From Yuukianura sp. NJ FZ-2021 (lineage: Eukaryota), in assembly GCA_046563655.1 (NCBI GenBank), contig CM102286.1, positions 1,736,001 through 1,800,000 of the forward strand: a stretch of 64,000 bases of DNA, in the 5' to 3' direction. Positions 49,201-62,994 of this stretch are shown in pieces (position 1 is the stretch's first letter; each line of letters starts with the position of its first letter). A model generated the notes under the pieces. That model saw nothing but the letters and a program-made list of their open reading frames with translations, did not search any database and had not been told where the DNA came from. A program made the position numbers and the translations under genes.

Positions 49201-52200
49201 AATGAGAGATTTCGTGGAGCCAAAACCATCAGACCAAAAGTGTTTGGTCTCTTTTTGGGAGTTAAACTTATTCTTATGATTATTTCCTCCGCTCATCAAA
49301 AGTCTTAATTGAATCTTTAGAATATTTCACTACACTTTTGGTAATGGTGGTCTGGTGGGGGTGTTAACCTCAAAACTTTAAGCAGGGTTAGCCAGTGCCC
49401 CACCGGGCAGGACTGGGTGGCTTGGTGGGTTTATTCTGGGCAGTGGGTCACCTGACACCAAAAAAACAGAAATGGCAAGTATTCATGCAGATTTACACAA
49501 AAAAAAAACGACTAAACTGTTTTCTTAGAATTTTTTTTTCTGGAAACGCCCGCGGCATTTTTAAAAAGTCAGCTGAAGGAAACTTAAAAAATTGCAAATG
49601 TGCACATGTCTAAATTATTTTTAATGATTTCAGCAGGATTAACAACGAAGGAATGCCGTATAACTAAATTTTTTTGCTTGTCTTTTGTCGTTTTTTGAAT
49701 CCTTAAATTTTGCCACTAAAAATTTGAATGTTTTGCCCATTTGAGAATTATGTAGAGAGCAAGCGAACCCTGAGAATGCAAAATATGGTCTTTTGGTCCA
49801 AATCCAAAGCCCATTTTAATTCTCGCCACCCGACTCCTCGTAATCATAACTTTTCTTTTAAATATCTGTCACTTGACTTTTTAGCCCAAGTAGAGACATA
49901 AAAACTTCCCTTGTTCAAAAACGACCAAAATAATACCACTAGCTCGTAAAATAACAATGGGATTAAAACCTATTATAAAAGACACTCGCAAAAAAAACAG
50001 GATAAAATCTACTGTGACAAAACAAAAATATAAAATTACAGCAGAAAACGAAAAAGAAAAATAAGAGAAATTTGGCACTAGGCTTTAAAAACTTTCAAGT
50101 GGAATTTGATTAAAGGGTTTATGCATTTTTTCCATAAGAAACCACAATACTAAACCACCCTACCACCAAAAAATCACTTTCTCTTCAAAAAAATTTTTTT
50201 TGAAGAAAACGCCCTGTTCTCAAATCACTGAAATTGAGGTGAAGTGTACCTAAACGTTCAATGTTCAACACAGACAAAAAATTTCAAATTGCAATGCAAT
50301 TGGCATAACATGCCTAAACCCTTGTAATTTTGTTACAGTTTCAACTCTAAATTGCAAGAAGACCTTGAAATTCTTTTTTCGCATAAAAAATTGAAAGAAA
50401 GCTTTGCAAATTCTGAAAAGTTTGAAAAATGTCACAAGAAAGTTTGCAAAACAACGAAGCGTCGTTGTTAACCTAATCTGTTACTACATTAGGTTAGTCA
50501 GTTTCAAAAGTTAAAGTTAGACTAAAGTTCAGGTTAGGCTAGCGTTAAAGTGACAATCAAAATGAAACTCTAGGGCTGTTTAACTTATACTGAAAGAAAC
50601 TTTTAATTAAATAAAGTCCCCAAGTGACATTCTAAATTGAACACCTTTTTCAGGAAAAAGTGCTCAATTTTACACAAATCCTGCTCAGAAAGCTCAGGAG
50701 TAGTGGAGGGAGTAACTATTTTGAGAAAATTCTATTTCCGTAATTCAATTAACTTGAACAAGAAGCAAATCTGAAAAGCTTCTAGGAAAAGTGAGTGGGT
50801 TTCATAAGATGAATGTTGTTGGCGACATTGGAGATGACAACAGGTAGTTAGTTTTTTGAATTACCTGCGCAAACGCAACTTCAATTGCCCATTGTTACTC
50901 CAATTGTGCAACTTCATTTCCACTTTGGAGTAACACAATCACAACAATAGGATGAAACACTTGACTTATTGAAGTTATGTCAAACCATTTAATAACATTC
51001 CTTTGTGACCTAAAGTTGCTTGCTCATTCTTAAATTTTAACCACTTTGACCTCAAATGACGCACCAAAATATTTTCTGCTCTCATTAAAACTTACGTTTT
51101 TTGATGAGTAATGGTTAGCACTTGTTATAATTTCAGGAATCAAAAAGTAAATACAGGAGAAAAGTGAGTGTTTTGTGATCCATTGTTTTTTAAAATGAAA
51201 TAGCACGTTGCTGAAGTCATTGCCATTGTTCCCTCTCAAATTTATTTTCAATGACATTTTCATGATCACGATTAGGTTCGAAAAAAAGTTGCCAAACCGG
51301 TAAATTTTAAAGTCCAAACTACAACCATAACTTACGCAAAAAAATTCTGGGAAATTTACACTAAAAAGTAGAGGGAGGATTACAGCAATTTTGAACAAAT
51401 TTGTGACAGAAATTAAAATTTAAAGTTTAGTTTCAAAATTTTAATTTATTACTCACCAGTTCCATGTCATATAAAAAAGGCCTATTTTGAGAAATTGTCC
51501 AAAATGTGTCACAAAAACCACAAAAATTGGATCACTTGCACTAAAATTTTAGGATGACTCACTTTCTGTCACTTTCCTTGTTAATCTTTTTGTTTGTGGT
51601 GACCGTGACCTTCGAAGGCTTTGTGGTAACAAAGTGACACTTGACAGATATAACTTTCCAAAAACTTGAATAAATAAACTCAAAATTTCACTTGAAGGGT
51701 GAAATTCTCAAAATCTTGAGAGACTCAAAATAAGAGTAAGATGAGACGAGTTTCACCGAAAAACGATTGTTTTTTCCTTGTGTTTTTGAAAATTACTATT
51801 CCAAGGAGCGTTTTAGGTCTGTTGAGAAACTGAATAAGACTAAAAACACTGAAAATTATGATGCAAGTCCAGGCTTTGTTGAAACGAAAGGAAAAGGAAA
51901 TGCGAAGCCTAGAGGCAAGTTAACTTCGGTGTTTCCAAAGTCAAGGAATGAAAATCAATGAGGCTCAGAACACTTACTGCTTTCTGGTCGTTGCCTTTGT
52001 GCAAAAAATGTTTTGCTAATTCCGTCACTCTTTGCAAAAAAATTGCTTAGGCTACTAACTTCCTTGGAACAATAACATATCAACTGAAGTTTTACTTCGT
52101 TTAGAGTCGTAAGACTAAAAAAAGTGACGACAAGTGTCAATAGTTGTCAAATGTGTCACTTCCTTTGCTGTTTATTCCACTCCTCGTTTTTTAGTCACTC

Positions 52201-55200
52201 CACTCACACCAGAAGTCACAAAATTTTCAAAATATGAAAAGAACCGTCTGGAAAGGAATTTTTCAAAAAAGTCACAACTTTTCAAAAAATTTTCTAAAAC
52301 TGATCACTTTCGTTTTTTCACAGCAACACGCACAGTAAGTGCCGATTGTCAACTTTTTTGGACTTCCAATTTTTAGCCGGTTTGCCGAACTATTTTTTTT
52401 TGTACCGGCGCACACTGTTCCAAGTTTAAATTTTTTGCCTCCACTAAAACACTGACTTTTCTGATCCCACTTTCACTTTAAAGTTAAGTTAACGTTTAAG
52501 TAAGTTTAAGTTAGTCACCTTAACGTCGCCCCACCTTGTGCTATGCATGAGGCTCACTAAAACACTGAATTTTCTCACACCACGACCATGTAACCTCTTT
52601 GACCCCGTCTTAAACCACTTCCACTTTTAAGTTAGATTAACTTTAGTCACCTTAACGGTGCCCCACCTTTGTGCATCTGCCTCTGAATAAGTTATGTGAG
52701 TCTACTTTAGGTGAGGGTGTTTACCTGTTGGAGGTTGGAAGGAACTGAAGTGGATTTTGGTGAGATGAATGTACAGGAAGAAGTGAATTCCATTCCAGAT
52801 ACTTCCCTCGAGGCTTTACAATAACGTTGGGAGAGGAGAAATAACAATACAAATTCCCCCTGGTACAGACAAGATGCGATCCAACGGACTTTTGCTTACA
52901 ACTTGGAACAGGTAAAAATTGAGAGGGGAAGGAGAGACTATAGCTTTAACAATTTCAATTTACAAAGTTCAACAATGGAAGTATTTTTAAACTTCTAGGA
53001 AACTCCCCGTAGAATGCAAGAGGGATGAATGGAATTCAAACAAAAGCGGGGAAGCGGGAGAGAGGTGAAAGCGACGCGTCTAGTCCAAACGCCCGCCAAA
53101 ACTCGACTGATTCAAAAAGATTTTGAGTGAGCGGCGTCTAGGAGAAAACTGGAACTCGAGAAAGTGAAAGTTCCGGATCATAGCTTTTCCTGGACCAAAT
53201 TGTGTTATGTACTGTTACACAACAAAAATTTCAAACTTTTTGAAACTTCCCGCACATTTTTGTTCAATGGAATGTTTTTTTTTTAAATTGTGAGCATGCG
53301 TTCCTGACTTGTGACCAAGGTTTGTTGACTTTCATTTTCTTTACCAGGTTGCGTGATACCTTTTGCAATTTTTTATTTCCGGCCATCGTAGTCATAACAA
53401 TATAGGTAGCCATTTTTTTCAACGAGCGAGGTAGTACTCAACCTGTTAAAGAAAATTAACTTGTTGATGTCAAGGAACCTTGCTAGTGACTAATCACGAC
53501 CTTCCCACAGTGGGGCCGTTGCTTGAAACAGGCGCCACGGTTGTCAATGGAAACGTTAAGTTGATTTTTAGAAATTACATTAAAAATGAATGCCAAAATC
53601 AGGATTTACAAAAATCAAATCGTCCAAAAATGTCCATTACCTACAGATAACCTGAATATCGTAATAAAAACTAGACAGCATCACGTACCAAGTCCGACTG
53701 CCACTTCTTGCCACTTTACCAATTTAGTATTTTTAACTGATTTTTGAAGTTGGTGTAAAATTTCGTCTATGAGGGGAGAACCAGTTCGTCAATCATAAAA
53801 ACTGAGCACAACAAGCTGCTGATTTGCTTTTTTTGAAAGTTTTATGACCTGAATAGTAATTATGTTCTCCGCCTAACAATAATTAGGACTTCAAAATTGC
53901 TTTTTTAGTAGTTTTCAGAAAAATGTACAGTATAAATAAGAATTTATTTTGAAAAGTTTGTTATTCAAAAACTTAGGCTGGGAAATGGGTTTCTAAATTT
54001 TGGAAATAGTTAGGTTAGTACATAAAAGTAGGTCCTAAAAGTGTGAAAGGTGGAAAAAAGCAAATGGTTTCCGATGTGAAGCAAGCAGAAGCTGAGAGGA
54101 AGAAGAAGTGGCGCGTAACAGTGAAGGCGGCGCGGGAAGATATAAAATTTGAGCAATGAATTAATGGTTCCTTTCCGCTCCTTTGCTTTTCTCAAGTGCA
54201 CAAACTACTATGAAGGTCTTTATGAACTGTTCGCACTCCACATTAGAGTCATTCACATGATTTGTTGGGTTTTTGTGTTCAAAGAACATAAAATAGAAGC
54301 CAAAAATATTATAAATTAGGTCCCGAAAATTCTAGACTTTTCAAAAAGTTCATTGAGACGCTAGGTAGAAATCGAAACCGCCCTGTGACAACAAATTTAT
54401 GGCAAATTTTGTGTCGCTTTGTCATGTATTAAACCAATTTTTCAAAAAAAAAAACACAAAGAATTTTTTTTTCCAACTTTCACTTTACACATTCTGCAAC
54501 AAAAAAAATTTTTTTATTTGTTCAGGTTTTCGAAATTATTTTCAAATTACTTTCAATTTAAATTTTCAGCTCACTGAAGTATTCTGGTAACAAATTTTGA
54601 AAGTTCGCTCACTTTTTTTTTCAAAATTTTCTTTTTCGTGTTTTTAGAACTGTAGTCTGTGTAATCGTAGTGAAAGTGAAAGCAAAACTTTTTTGACAGA
54701 ACATGACTTTTGGTGGCGGTAAATTTGAAAGCAAAAGATTTTTTCAAGGATTTTGATTTCGTTGTAAACGAAAGTCAAGACCAAAAAAGAACTTTCAGTT
54801 CTACTTACTTTTACTAACATTTTTTAGAAAAAAAAAGAAAGTTCAAGCAGCATTTTTTTCTTCGCAAAAAGTAAAAACTCGTTTCTTTCAACTTTCTCCG
54901 AAAAATTCTCTTGGTGGACGCACAATCCGGTGGTCCATGATTTAGTGTGTTGTAGACCATTTGAAGTCGAAACTCATTCATTTCCTGTTTGAAAGAAAGT
55001 GAAAGTGAAAGTAAAGTTTTGACAGAGGTGTGAAAAGCTCTTAACAAAAGATCAAGACTGTAACAAAAGCACAAAGTTTTGTACAGTTACTTCCCGCTTC
55101 CAGAAAAAATGGCGGGAAGTTTGAAACTTTAGTTTTCAAAGATCCAGGATGGAAGAGGGGGCGGAAATTGTCATTATTTGAGGCAGAAGGACTTCCGTAT

Positions 55201-56090
55201 ACAATTTAATCTTGAAGCTAATCTCAAGGGGAACATTTGGCAATGTTGCAAACTTTGCAAAGTTGCACAGTAATGTTGCCAGCATGTTTTTGGAGGCAAT
55301 TTGGAATATTTCAAAAACTTTGTAGCGCTATGGAATTTGTACTAAAAACTAAACGGTGGGAATTTCCGAAGTCCAAGGCCATTGTTTTCTAAGCCCTGCT
55401 GGGGCACAGATGCCAAAAACTTTTTTTTGCAAAATTTACTGCCTGCAAGTCTTCAGATTTTAGCATAAACAAAAAGTTGCAAAAAGTTTGGCAAATTAGT
55501 TGTGCTACGATACCCCTCAATGTTCAAGTTTTTTTTTAAACAGAAAACTTTTTTTATGCAGAACTTTTCCGGGTTTCAAAAAAACGTTGGACCAAAAACC
55601 ATCAAGTTTTTGAACTAAATGATTCTCGTAAATTCAAAAAAGTTGATGTTTTTCAAACAAAGTTCTAGTAAAAGTACTAAAATTTTGAAAATTTCGAAAT
55701 TTTACCTGAATTTTGAAATTCAGAGTCCTTGATTTTGTGTTTCTTGTGTCTTCTAGCTTTTCGCAGACTTGACATTTGAATGACATTGGCCGGGTCAATT
55801 GGAATGTCAAACGTGACAGCTTGGTCTCCGTCGTCATCCGAAGGACATTGGACAGCTCCTATCGTTTTTCCATTCAACGCAACGTTAACCCACTTTTCAC
55901 TTCCAGAGCGAGACTGAAGAGGAGCCCTTAAGGGCCTCTTGACCTGCGGTGACCCTGCGCATGCCGACGTTGACCCGGTAGAAGACGAAGAAGAAATTCT
56001 CCATGTCAGAGGTCGATGCAAGGTCACTTGGATTCGAACTGACGGCGAAGATGCTGACCTCTGCGGTCCTGTGATCACTGCGTCCGGCAT
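28230..56090 (-). CDS. Multi-PDZ scaffold (3 PDZ domains), arthropod PTPN13/FRMPD2-like
   Basis: Phase-compatible exons 56090-55706, 42911-42638, 41818-41405, 40575-40284, 38577-38448, 37665-37583, 36552-36421, ~35950-35625, 33346-33193, 33132-~32963, 32032-31781, 31191-30848, 29477-~29160, 28982-28683, 28602-28453, ~28379-28230. PDZ loops GLGLGFSVSGG, GSLGFTIRQ, SRLGFSIKG; RQEAIDM motif. The first-exon assignment rests on phase compatibility only. Confidence 0.8.
31294..31605. promoter_or_regulatory. Cluster of nuclear-receptor IR1 (EcRE-type) elements within a fold-back, intronic in the PDZ gene
   Basis: IR1-like sites at 31294, 31327, 31352, 31398, 31464, 31496, 31521 and an IR2 at 31592. 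Confidence 0.6.
38157..38231. repeat. 25-bp tandem repeat x3 with palindromic core CAGTGCACTG
   Basis: gtgcagtgcactg(a/g)aa.....aattt occurs three times. Confidence 0.9.
38283..38435. mobile_element. MITE-like element with ~55-bp imperfect terminal inverted repeats
   Basis: caggtcattatggcgaaaacaatacgcgcgaattc..tggcaaca versus right end reverse complement caggtcattagagcgaaaactataagcgcgaattc..tggcaaca; no clear TSD. Confidence 0.7.
45921..45968. repeat. Perfect 48-bp palindrome with no spacer
   Basis: attggaccaaggagatgtcgctat followed directly by atagcgacatctccttggtccaat. Confidence 0.97.
46346..46375 (-). pseudogene. tRNA-like 3' fragment (T-arm plus acceptor strand)
   Basis: Minus strand reads gattcaaGGTTCGAATCCCGCCGCTGTTAT, similar to the 3' end of the nearby tRNA-Leu relic. 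Confidence 0.45.
46586..46652 (+). pseudogene. tRNA-Leu-derived pseudogene or SINE head lacking the anticodon loop
   Basis: AGCGTGGCCGAG (A box)..TAAGGCACTGG-[deletion]-TCTCTTCGGAGGCGT (Leu variable arm)-GTTCGAATCCCACCGCTGTCA (B box and acceptor), then a T5 run. Confidence 0.8.
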
Positions 56091-56732
56091 TGTCAAAGTG
56101 TTTTAAAATTGACCTTTGACCTTTAGCCTACTAACTCCAAAAACTATATCTTGACTAGAACTGTTCCGTGTCTGAACGGCATCTGAACAAAACTTTGAGG
56201 AAGGCTCTGAACTGTGCCTAAGCAGTTATGGCTCCAACGTTCAAATGTTGAATGCAACCCGACTGTTCTAATGCCAAGTATGTCACTTCTCGGCTCACTA
56301 TTTTCAAAAAACTATTTCTAAAACATGTTTCAAAAAAAGTTTTTGGAAAACATAGATCTACTAATGTCTAGCTTATGGGTGGAACAGTATGTTCTAAGTT
56401 TGGCTCAAGATTAGACAAAGATGAAGTTGAGTTCTAAAATTAGACTAGAAATATAGGACTAAAGACTATAAATTCATGGGATTCCCCTCTCCACCACACG
56501 GAGGATAGTTTTGTCTTAGTTTTATGTACGCTAGATGATGACAGAAAAGTAGCAACATTGAAAGCTTCATTTTCAAAAAAAAAAAGAAGAAAAGAAGAAT
56601 TTTTTTTTTTGAAATTTTAAAAATAGGGTTTCCGCCGCCCTCTACTTCAATCAATCACTCTGAGTTTATAATTAGAAAGCTTCTTTTAAATTCAAATTGT
56701 GTACGAAAACGGTACGGTTTAATTTTTAAATC

Positions 56733-57490
56733 TTATGAAATTAGTTTATTAACGAAAATAAAAATGGCGGCAAACAGAAACACGTTTGAATTGGAACTAG
56801 GATGAGCGGAGTTACACAAATCCTTGCGACAGAGACAAGTTGTGGTGATGAATCCTTTTTGTTCGTAGACGACACAACCGTCGTTCAGCGGCACAATTTT
56901 CCCGCTTAAAATTCGAACCGGACCCCGCCCGAGACAGCCGCGCTGTGTAATCCGAGTTCCACTTTTTTCCTGGACGACTTTCGAACAAAAGAAACCGCGA
57001 TCGTTTGGACATCGAATTCTAAGTTAAAAAGACAGATTGATGTCGCTACTGCACCAAAACGTTTTGTCGATTTCAGAAAACGTTTTCAAAAGTGTTACCT
57101 TTGACTGTACTGTTCTGTTTTTCTGGCAAAGTGCCAAAGCGTGTTGTCACAAATGTTGTCCCGGTCTCTTGCCTCTCCTTTGCATTGGTAGCATAGCAAC
57201 GGCCTCGTTTTGGGAATACTTGAGTAGTTACTGGGGCAGTACGGGGTCTTCGGGTGACCTTGAACTTCAGTAGTATTTGCAGAAACGTTGACCTGTCGTG
57301 GGAATCTTTGAAGCAGAAACTTTCTGGTCAATTGAACTGCCGCGTCGTTTACGTCCAGTGTCGGTTTCGCTGTAGCTGACATGTTGACCTTGGAATCGTT
57401 TTCAGATTTTTTCAAAATGTAAAAACTGCCAACTTGTGTAAACAATAATGGCCCAATAAAGGAAACTGAGAAGAAGTCTATGATCTTCAT
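56733..57490 (-). CDS. Ly6/uPAR three-finger, quiver/sleepless-like, probably GPI-anchored protein (2 exons)
   Basis: Exon 57490-57099 (signal peptide...LLCYQCKGE...ICD) splices in phase 2 to 57018-56733: RIRCPNDRGFFCSK...TQRGC...GC...TCLCRKDLCNSA then hydrophobic tail VFLFAAIFIFV. The second exon frame is absent from the ORF track. Confidence 0.85.
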
Positions 57491-57901
57491 TGCATCAATC
57501 CAATCTAAAATGAAATCTCTGTATTTTCAAAAACCTGATAAGTTTTTGAACAAGCGTTTTTTAAAAAAAGTTGAACATTCAAAATGGTGTTTGTTTGTTT
57601 GTGAGAGAAAGCGAACTTTCACCAAGGCGCTTTTGAGAAATCGAAAAAACGACGCTTTAGAGATTTGAATTTTGCGACGGCGGGAAAAATTTTGACATTC
57701 CAGAAATTCCAAGCACAAAAAAAAAGAAAAAGTGAAAAAAGACGGACAAAATTCGGCTCATCTCATCAATCATCCTCCAGCTGCAGAAGAAGAAGACGAG
57801 GCACTTTAAAACTTGATATTTAATTGACTTATCAGTAATATTTAATTAATTGACGTCAATCAGTCAACAACTACGATATTGTACAATTAACTTCGGCGAC
57901 A

Positions 57902-59335
<1,434 letters not shown>

Positions 59336-59614
59336 TAGTCCCACTCTTATAGTAGCTTTTCACGATATGACTATCGTCAGACGACTAACGTAACGCCTAA
59401 AAAGTGCTATCGCTTTATTCTTCTAATGTAATGAACTTTTAAGATTTATATTTAGCACTAGATAATCAGCTGACCGCTGGCAATTCGAAATCAGCTGACC
59501 TTAAGCACTTTTGTTCCAGTAATGCACGATTTATTTGATTTAATGTTTGATTTAATGAATTGTATTTAAATTAGTATGCCAATTTAGATTAAATTGTTAG
59601 TATTTAAATGAATT

Positions 59615-61003
59615 TTAGTTCAAGATGAGTTTGTAGTCTTTTGGCTGCCAAGCAGGAGGAGGAAGAAGATGGAGTTTGACCCAATCAGCACCGCGGACAG
59701 GAAGATGTTTGAATAAGAAGTGGATTATATTAAGTACTACTGGATTCCGTGACTCCACTGGAATCAGTGCAATATTCCCTTCCAGAAGAGACATAAATGC
59801 TGAACGAAGTCCTCCGTCCTTCTTCAAGTCTTTAAGTGAAGTATCTTCTAAGAAAGTAATTAGCTGTTTGTGAAATGCATTAAAGTAGTCGCCGTAAAAC
59901 TTGGCTTCTTCTGCCGACATAGCAGCTCTCATTTCTTCACATGCTTGACGTTGTCCAGCAAACAGGCGACTCTGCTTCGGAAAGTTTCCTGGAAATGAGG
60001 TAAGAGAAAGAATTTTCAAATATGAATTCAAAATTTCAAAAATACTAATTCAACTTTTTTTAAGGTTGACATGACAAGAAATTTGTGCTGTCAACGCTCT
60101 CTGCCAAATACTTTGATCTTACCTGGCTGAAAACTTGTGACGCTGATTCCAAACTTGGCCACTTCGAGGCGCACAGCAGTGGCCCAATTCTGAAGAGCGG
60201 CTTTCGACGCCGAGTACATTGAGAGTCCTGGAAGCGGGTGGTCAGCACAATCGCTGGTAATCACAATCAATCGACCTGAAAAACCAAAGTTTATTACAAT
60301 TTTTGAAAATTATTTTGAAAAAACGGTTTTATGATGTTTCTCACTTTTGGAATGAAGCAACAAATGACGAAAACTGTTCACGAGATTCACGGTTCCCCAG
60401 AAGTTGACCTCCATGACCCTCCGAGACATAGGCTCCGGCATCCAGAAAAATTCACCAAAGCATCCAATGGCAGCATTGGGAATCACCGCCCACAACTCTG
60501 GTAACAACATATATGAAAATTTAGCATTAGATAACTTTATCTGGGGATAAGCGATACTTCATCTTGGGATAAGCGATAATTTATGTTGGGTTCTTACTTG
60601 TTCCGTTTTTGCTAGATTTCAATACATTCTGGCAAGTGACTCTAAAGTTCTCCAAACTGTCTGCCTTTGTCACGTCGAGCTCCGCCACTTGCAAAACGTC
60701 TTGAGAGAATCCATTCTTCAGAAATTTGGCTCCGTCGCTATCCAGACTGTAGCATCCAGCCAGCACTTTGTAGCCAACTTTTGCTGCCCAGTAGGACATG
60801 GCCAGACCCAATCCCGAGTCACATCCAGTGATCACCACGAGTCTTCCTGGACGTGAAGCTTCCAGTTCTCTGTTCTTCTTGTCATTTTTGAACCAAAGCA
60901 ATACTGGAACAGCGGTGGCCACCGTGACAGCGCCAATGGCCAACTTAGGATGGTCGGCTATTAACTGTCTTGCAATTAGCAGTGCTGTCGACACGGACTC
61001 CAT
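59615..61003 (-). CDS. Short-chain dehydrogenase/reductase, BDH1/RDH (SDR9C)-like, N-terminal membrane anchor
   Basis: ITGCDSGLG, LDVT, MEVNFWGT, catalytic YSASKAAL, YGDYF; 4 exons. Confidence 0.9.
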
Positions 61004-61419
61004 TTTTGTAAGAAGTAAGACTGGATTGCAACTTTTGGGAAATGTTGATCCCACGACTCCTCAAATGCAACTAAACTGCTTTTGTTTTTTACCGAACCTA
61101 AAATATCTAAAAGTCTGACGTCTATTCATATGAATGAGGTTGGATGTTAAACGCGATAAGAAGAGACAACCTTGCACAAGTTGAATTGAATTAAGAATTT
61201 TTAACCTTGGGACAGCAAAGCCAAAGGTCACGAGGTCAAATTGGACAATGGAAGGTTCAACCTTCTCGGAATGATAATTTATACTTCAGTAAGGCCAAAT
61301 AGAATTTTAGAACAGAATTTTTTATGACTCTCAAAATGTTGCTTCTACTATTCAAAAATTTTGGTTAACTTTAGATGTTTTTGAAATTGTTTCAGAAAGG
61401 AGAAAAGCTTTGATAAAAA

Positions 61420-61805
61420 TCAGACAACGACGACGACGTCTTCATGTGGATGCATTGGATCTGCTGGAACGTAGTACACTGGCTCTTCGTAGTAGTAAAC
61501 ACGACGACGCGAAAGAAGAATACAGTACCAGATGAACCTGCAATGAGTTAATTAATTATTTAAGTAATTAATTTATACTAATTAAAGTAGTTTATTATGA
61601 ATTATATTTTGTAATTAAGTTGTTCTGTATAGGTTTTGGCTCACCCGATGATAAGGATCAACGTCAAAAGGCTGCCAACGACGATACTGGCAATTCCACC
61701 ATGGGACATGCGCCGTCCGTCCTCATAGTAATGACCGCTATCATCTTCGTAGCAAGTATTCCAGCAGTGCCAGAAGTTGCAGTGACGCTCGCAGTAAACC
61801 GGCAT
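61420..61805 (-). CDS. Small single-pass membrane protein with Cys-rich N-terminus (2 exons, ~92 aa)
   Basis: MPVYCERHCNFWHCWNTCYEDD..GIASIVVGSLLTLILII G|gtgagc..cag|FIWYCILLSRRRVYYYEEPVYYVPADP..; exons 61805-61645 and 61537-61420. Confidence 0.75.
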
Positions 61806-62068
61806 CTCTTCAACAATTTGACCTTTGACTGACCTTGACCTCTGACCTCCTCTGTGCACTCCGTTTTAATGCCTAATCTTCAGCAAAAGTTTTCGAGCTT
61901 TCGAATTTTGCCGCCGTGTTAACAGTTTCAACACCTCGCCATGATAATTTCGCTCCATGGCAACTCCATGGTACTGATTTCACTAAATTTTAAAAGATTT
62001 TATTCAATTTTGACAAATCTATTTCGAATTTTGATGAATTTTTAGATCAAGGTTCCAAAATTTTGAAA

Positions 62069-62599
62069 CTATGGTCGCGGCGGCGGTCTGTTCCAGGAGT
62101 AGTCGCCTTTTTGAAGCACATGTGCTGCCGTTCCTTGGTTGCCATAAGTAAAGTGTGACGTTGCAGGAGGTGACTGTCCGCCAAACCCTAGGTATCCACC
62201 ACCAACAGGCTGACCGTTAACCGTGACTGTTTTCTGGGCTGGTCCAATGACGTTCCCGTAGTCATCAATTTCTTCAATGACAGTTTCCTGGACAGTCGTT
62301 GTAGTCGTAGTTACGTAGGAATCGTACTCTTGATCAATGCCTCCCCCGTGGCGACATCGTTTTCTCGCACAGTAGATCAAGATATAAAGTAAAGTCATAC
62401 CAACGAAAACACCAACGATAATGCAAACCAGAGTTGTGGTGTCCATGCGGTATCCACTTCCAGTACCGTAAGAACTTCCACTGTTGGTATGGTAGTACCG
62501 AGTACCGTGACTCCCGCCGTATCCGGAACCGACACTGCTATGGGAGGTCGTGGTTTTGGTAACTTTTGTGCTTGTTGTTACCCGGTACTTTTTGGCCAT
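62069..62599 (-). CDS. Intronless single-pass membrane protein, Gly/Ser/Thr/Tyr-rich (176 aa)
   Basis: One TM (LVCIIVGVFVGMTLLYILIY) followed by CARKRCRH; paralogous to the next gene. Confidence 0.8.
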   Translation of the reverse strand: MAKKYRVTTSTKVTKTTTSHSSVGSGYGGSHGTRYYHTNSGSSYGTGSGYRMDTTTLVCIIVGVFVGMTLLYILIYCARKRCRHGGGIDQEYDSYVTTTTTTVQETVIEEIDDYGNVIGPAQKTVTVNGQPVGGGYLGFGGQSPPATSHFTYGNQGTAAHVLQKGDYSWNRPPPRP

Positions 62600-62994
62600 T
62601 TTTCTGGACCAGGTTTCGGCAACAGCTGATGAGAGCGGTTCTGGGGCAAGTTGAGATTTGCTGTCCTCAAAAGTGGCTCTGCTGTCTCGTAATACTAATG
62701 GAAACGATACCGTAAATCCCCGAGTAGCTTATTTAGTTACCCCTGGAGTACTGATGGCAACGTTGACCTCTGGGAGGGGTTAGGATGTGGACTTGGCTTG
62801 AGGGCGTTATATTTGAAGATTTACGGTAACTTTACAACGATCTGCGTTTGTTTAGAAATTTTGATTGAAAAACTGCAGCGTATCCATGACCAAATTTTTA
62901 TCAAAAACGAAATTTATTCTGTCGGAATAAATTCCAAGTTCACAAAAATTTTTCTAAACCAATCAGAATTAAGGTAAGCATAGAAGTCTAGCTT

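Noticed and set aside
42980..55600. Numerous 60-120 aa Phe/Lys-rich ORFs in the long PDZ intron
   Set aside because: Composition reflects poly-A/T tracts, many have non-ATG starts, and none shows a recognisable domain or exon structure.
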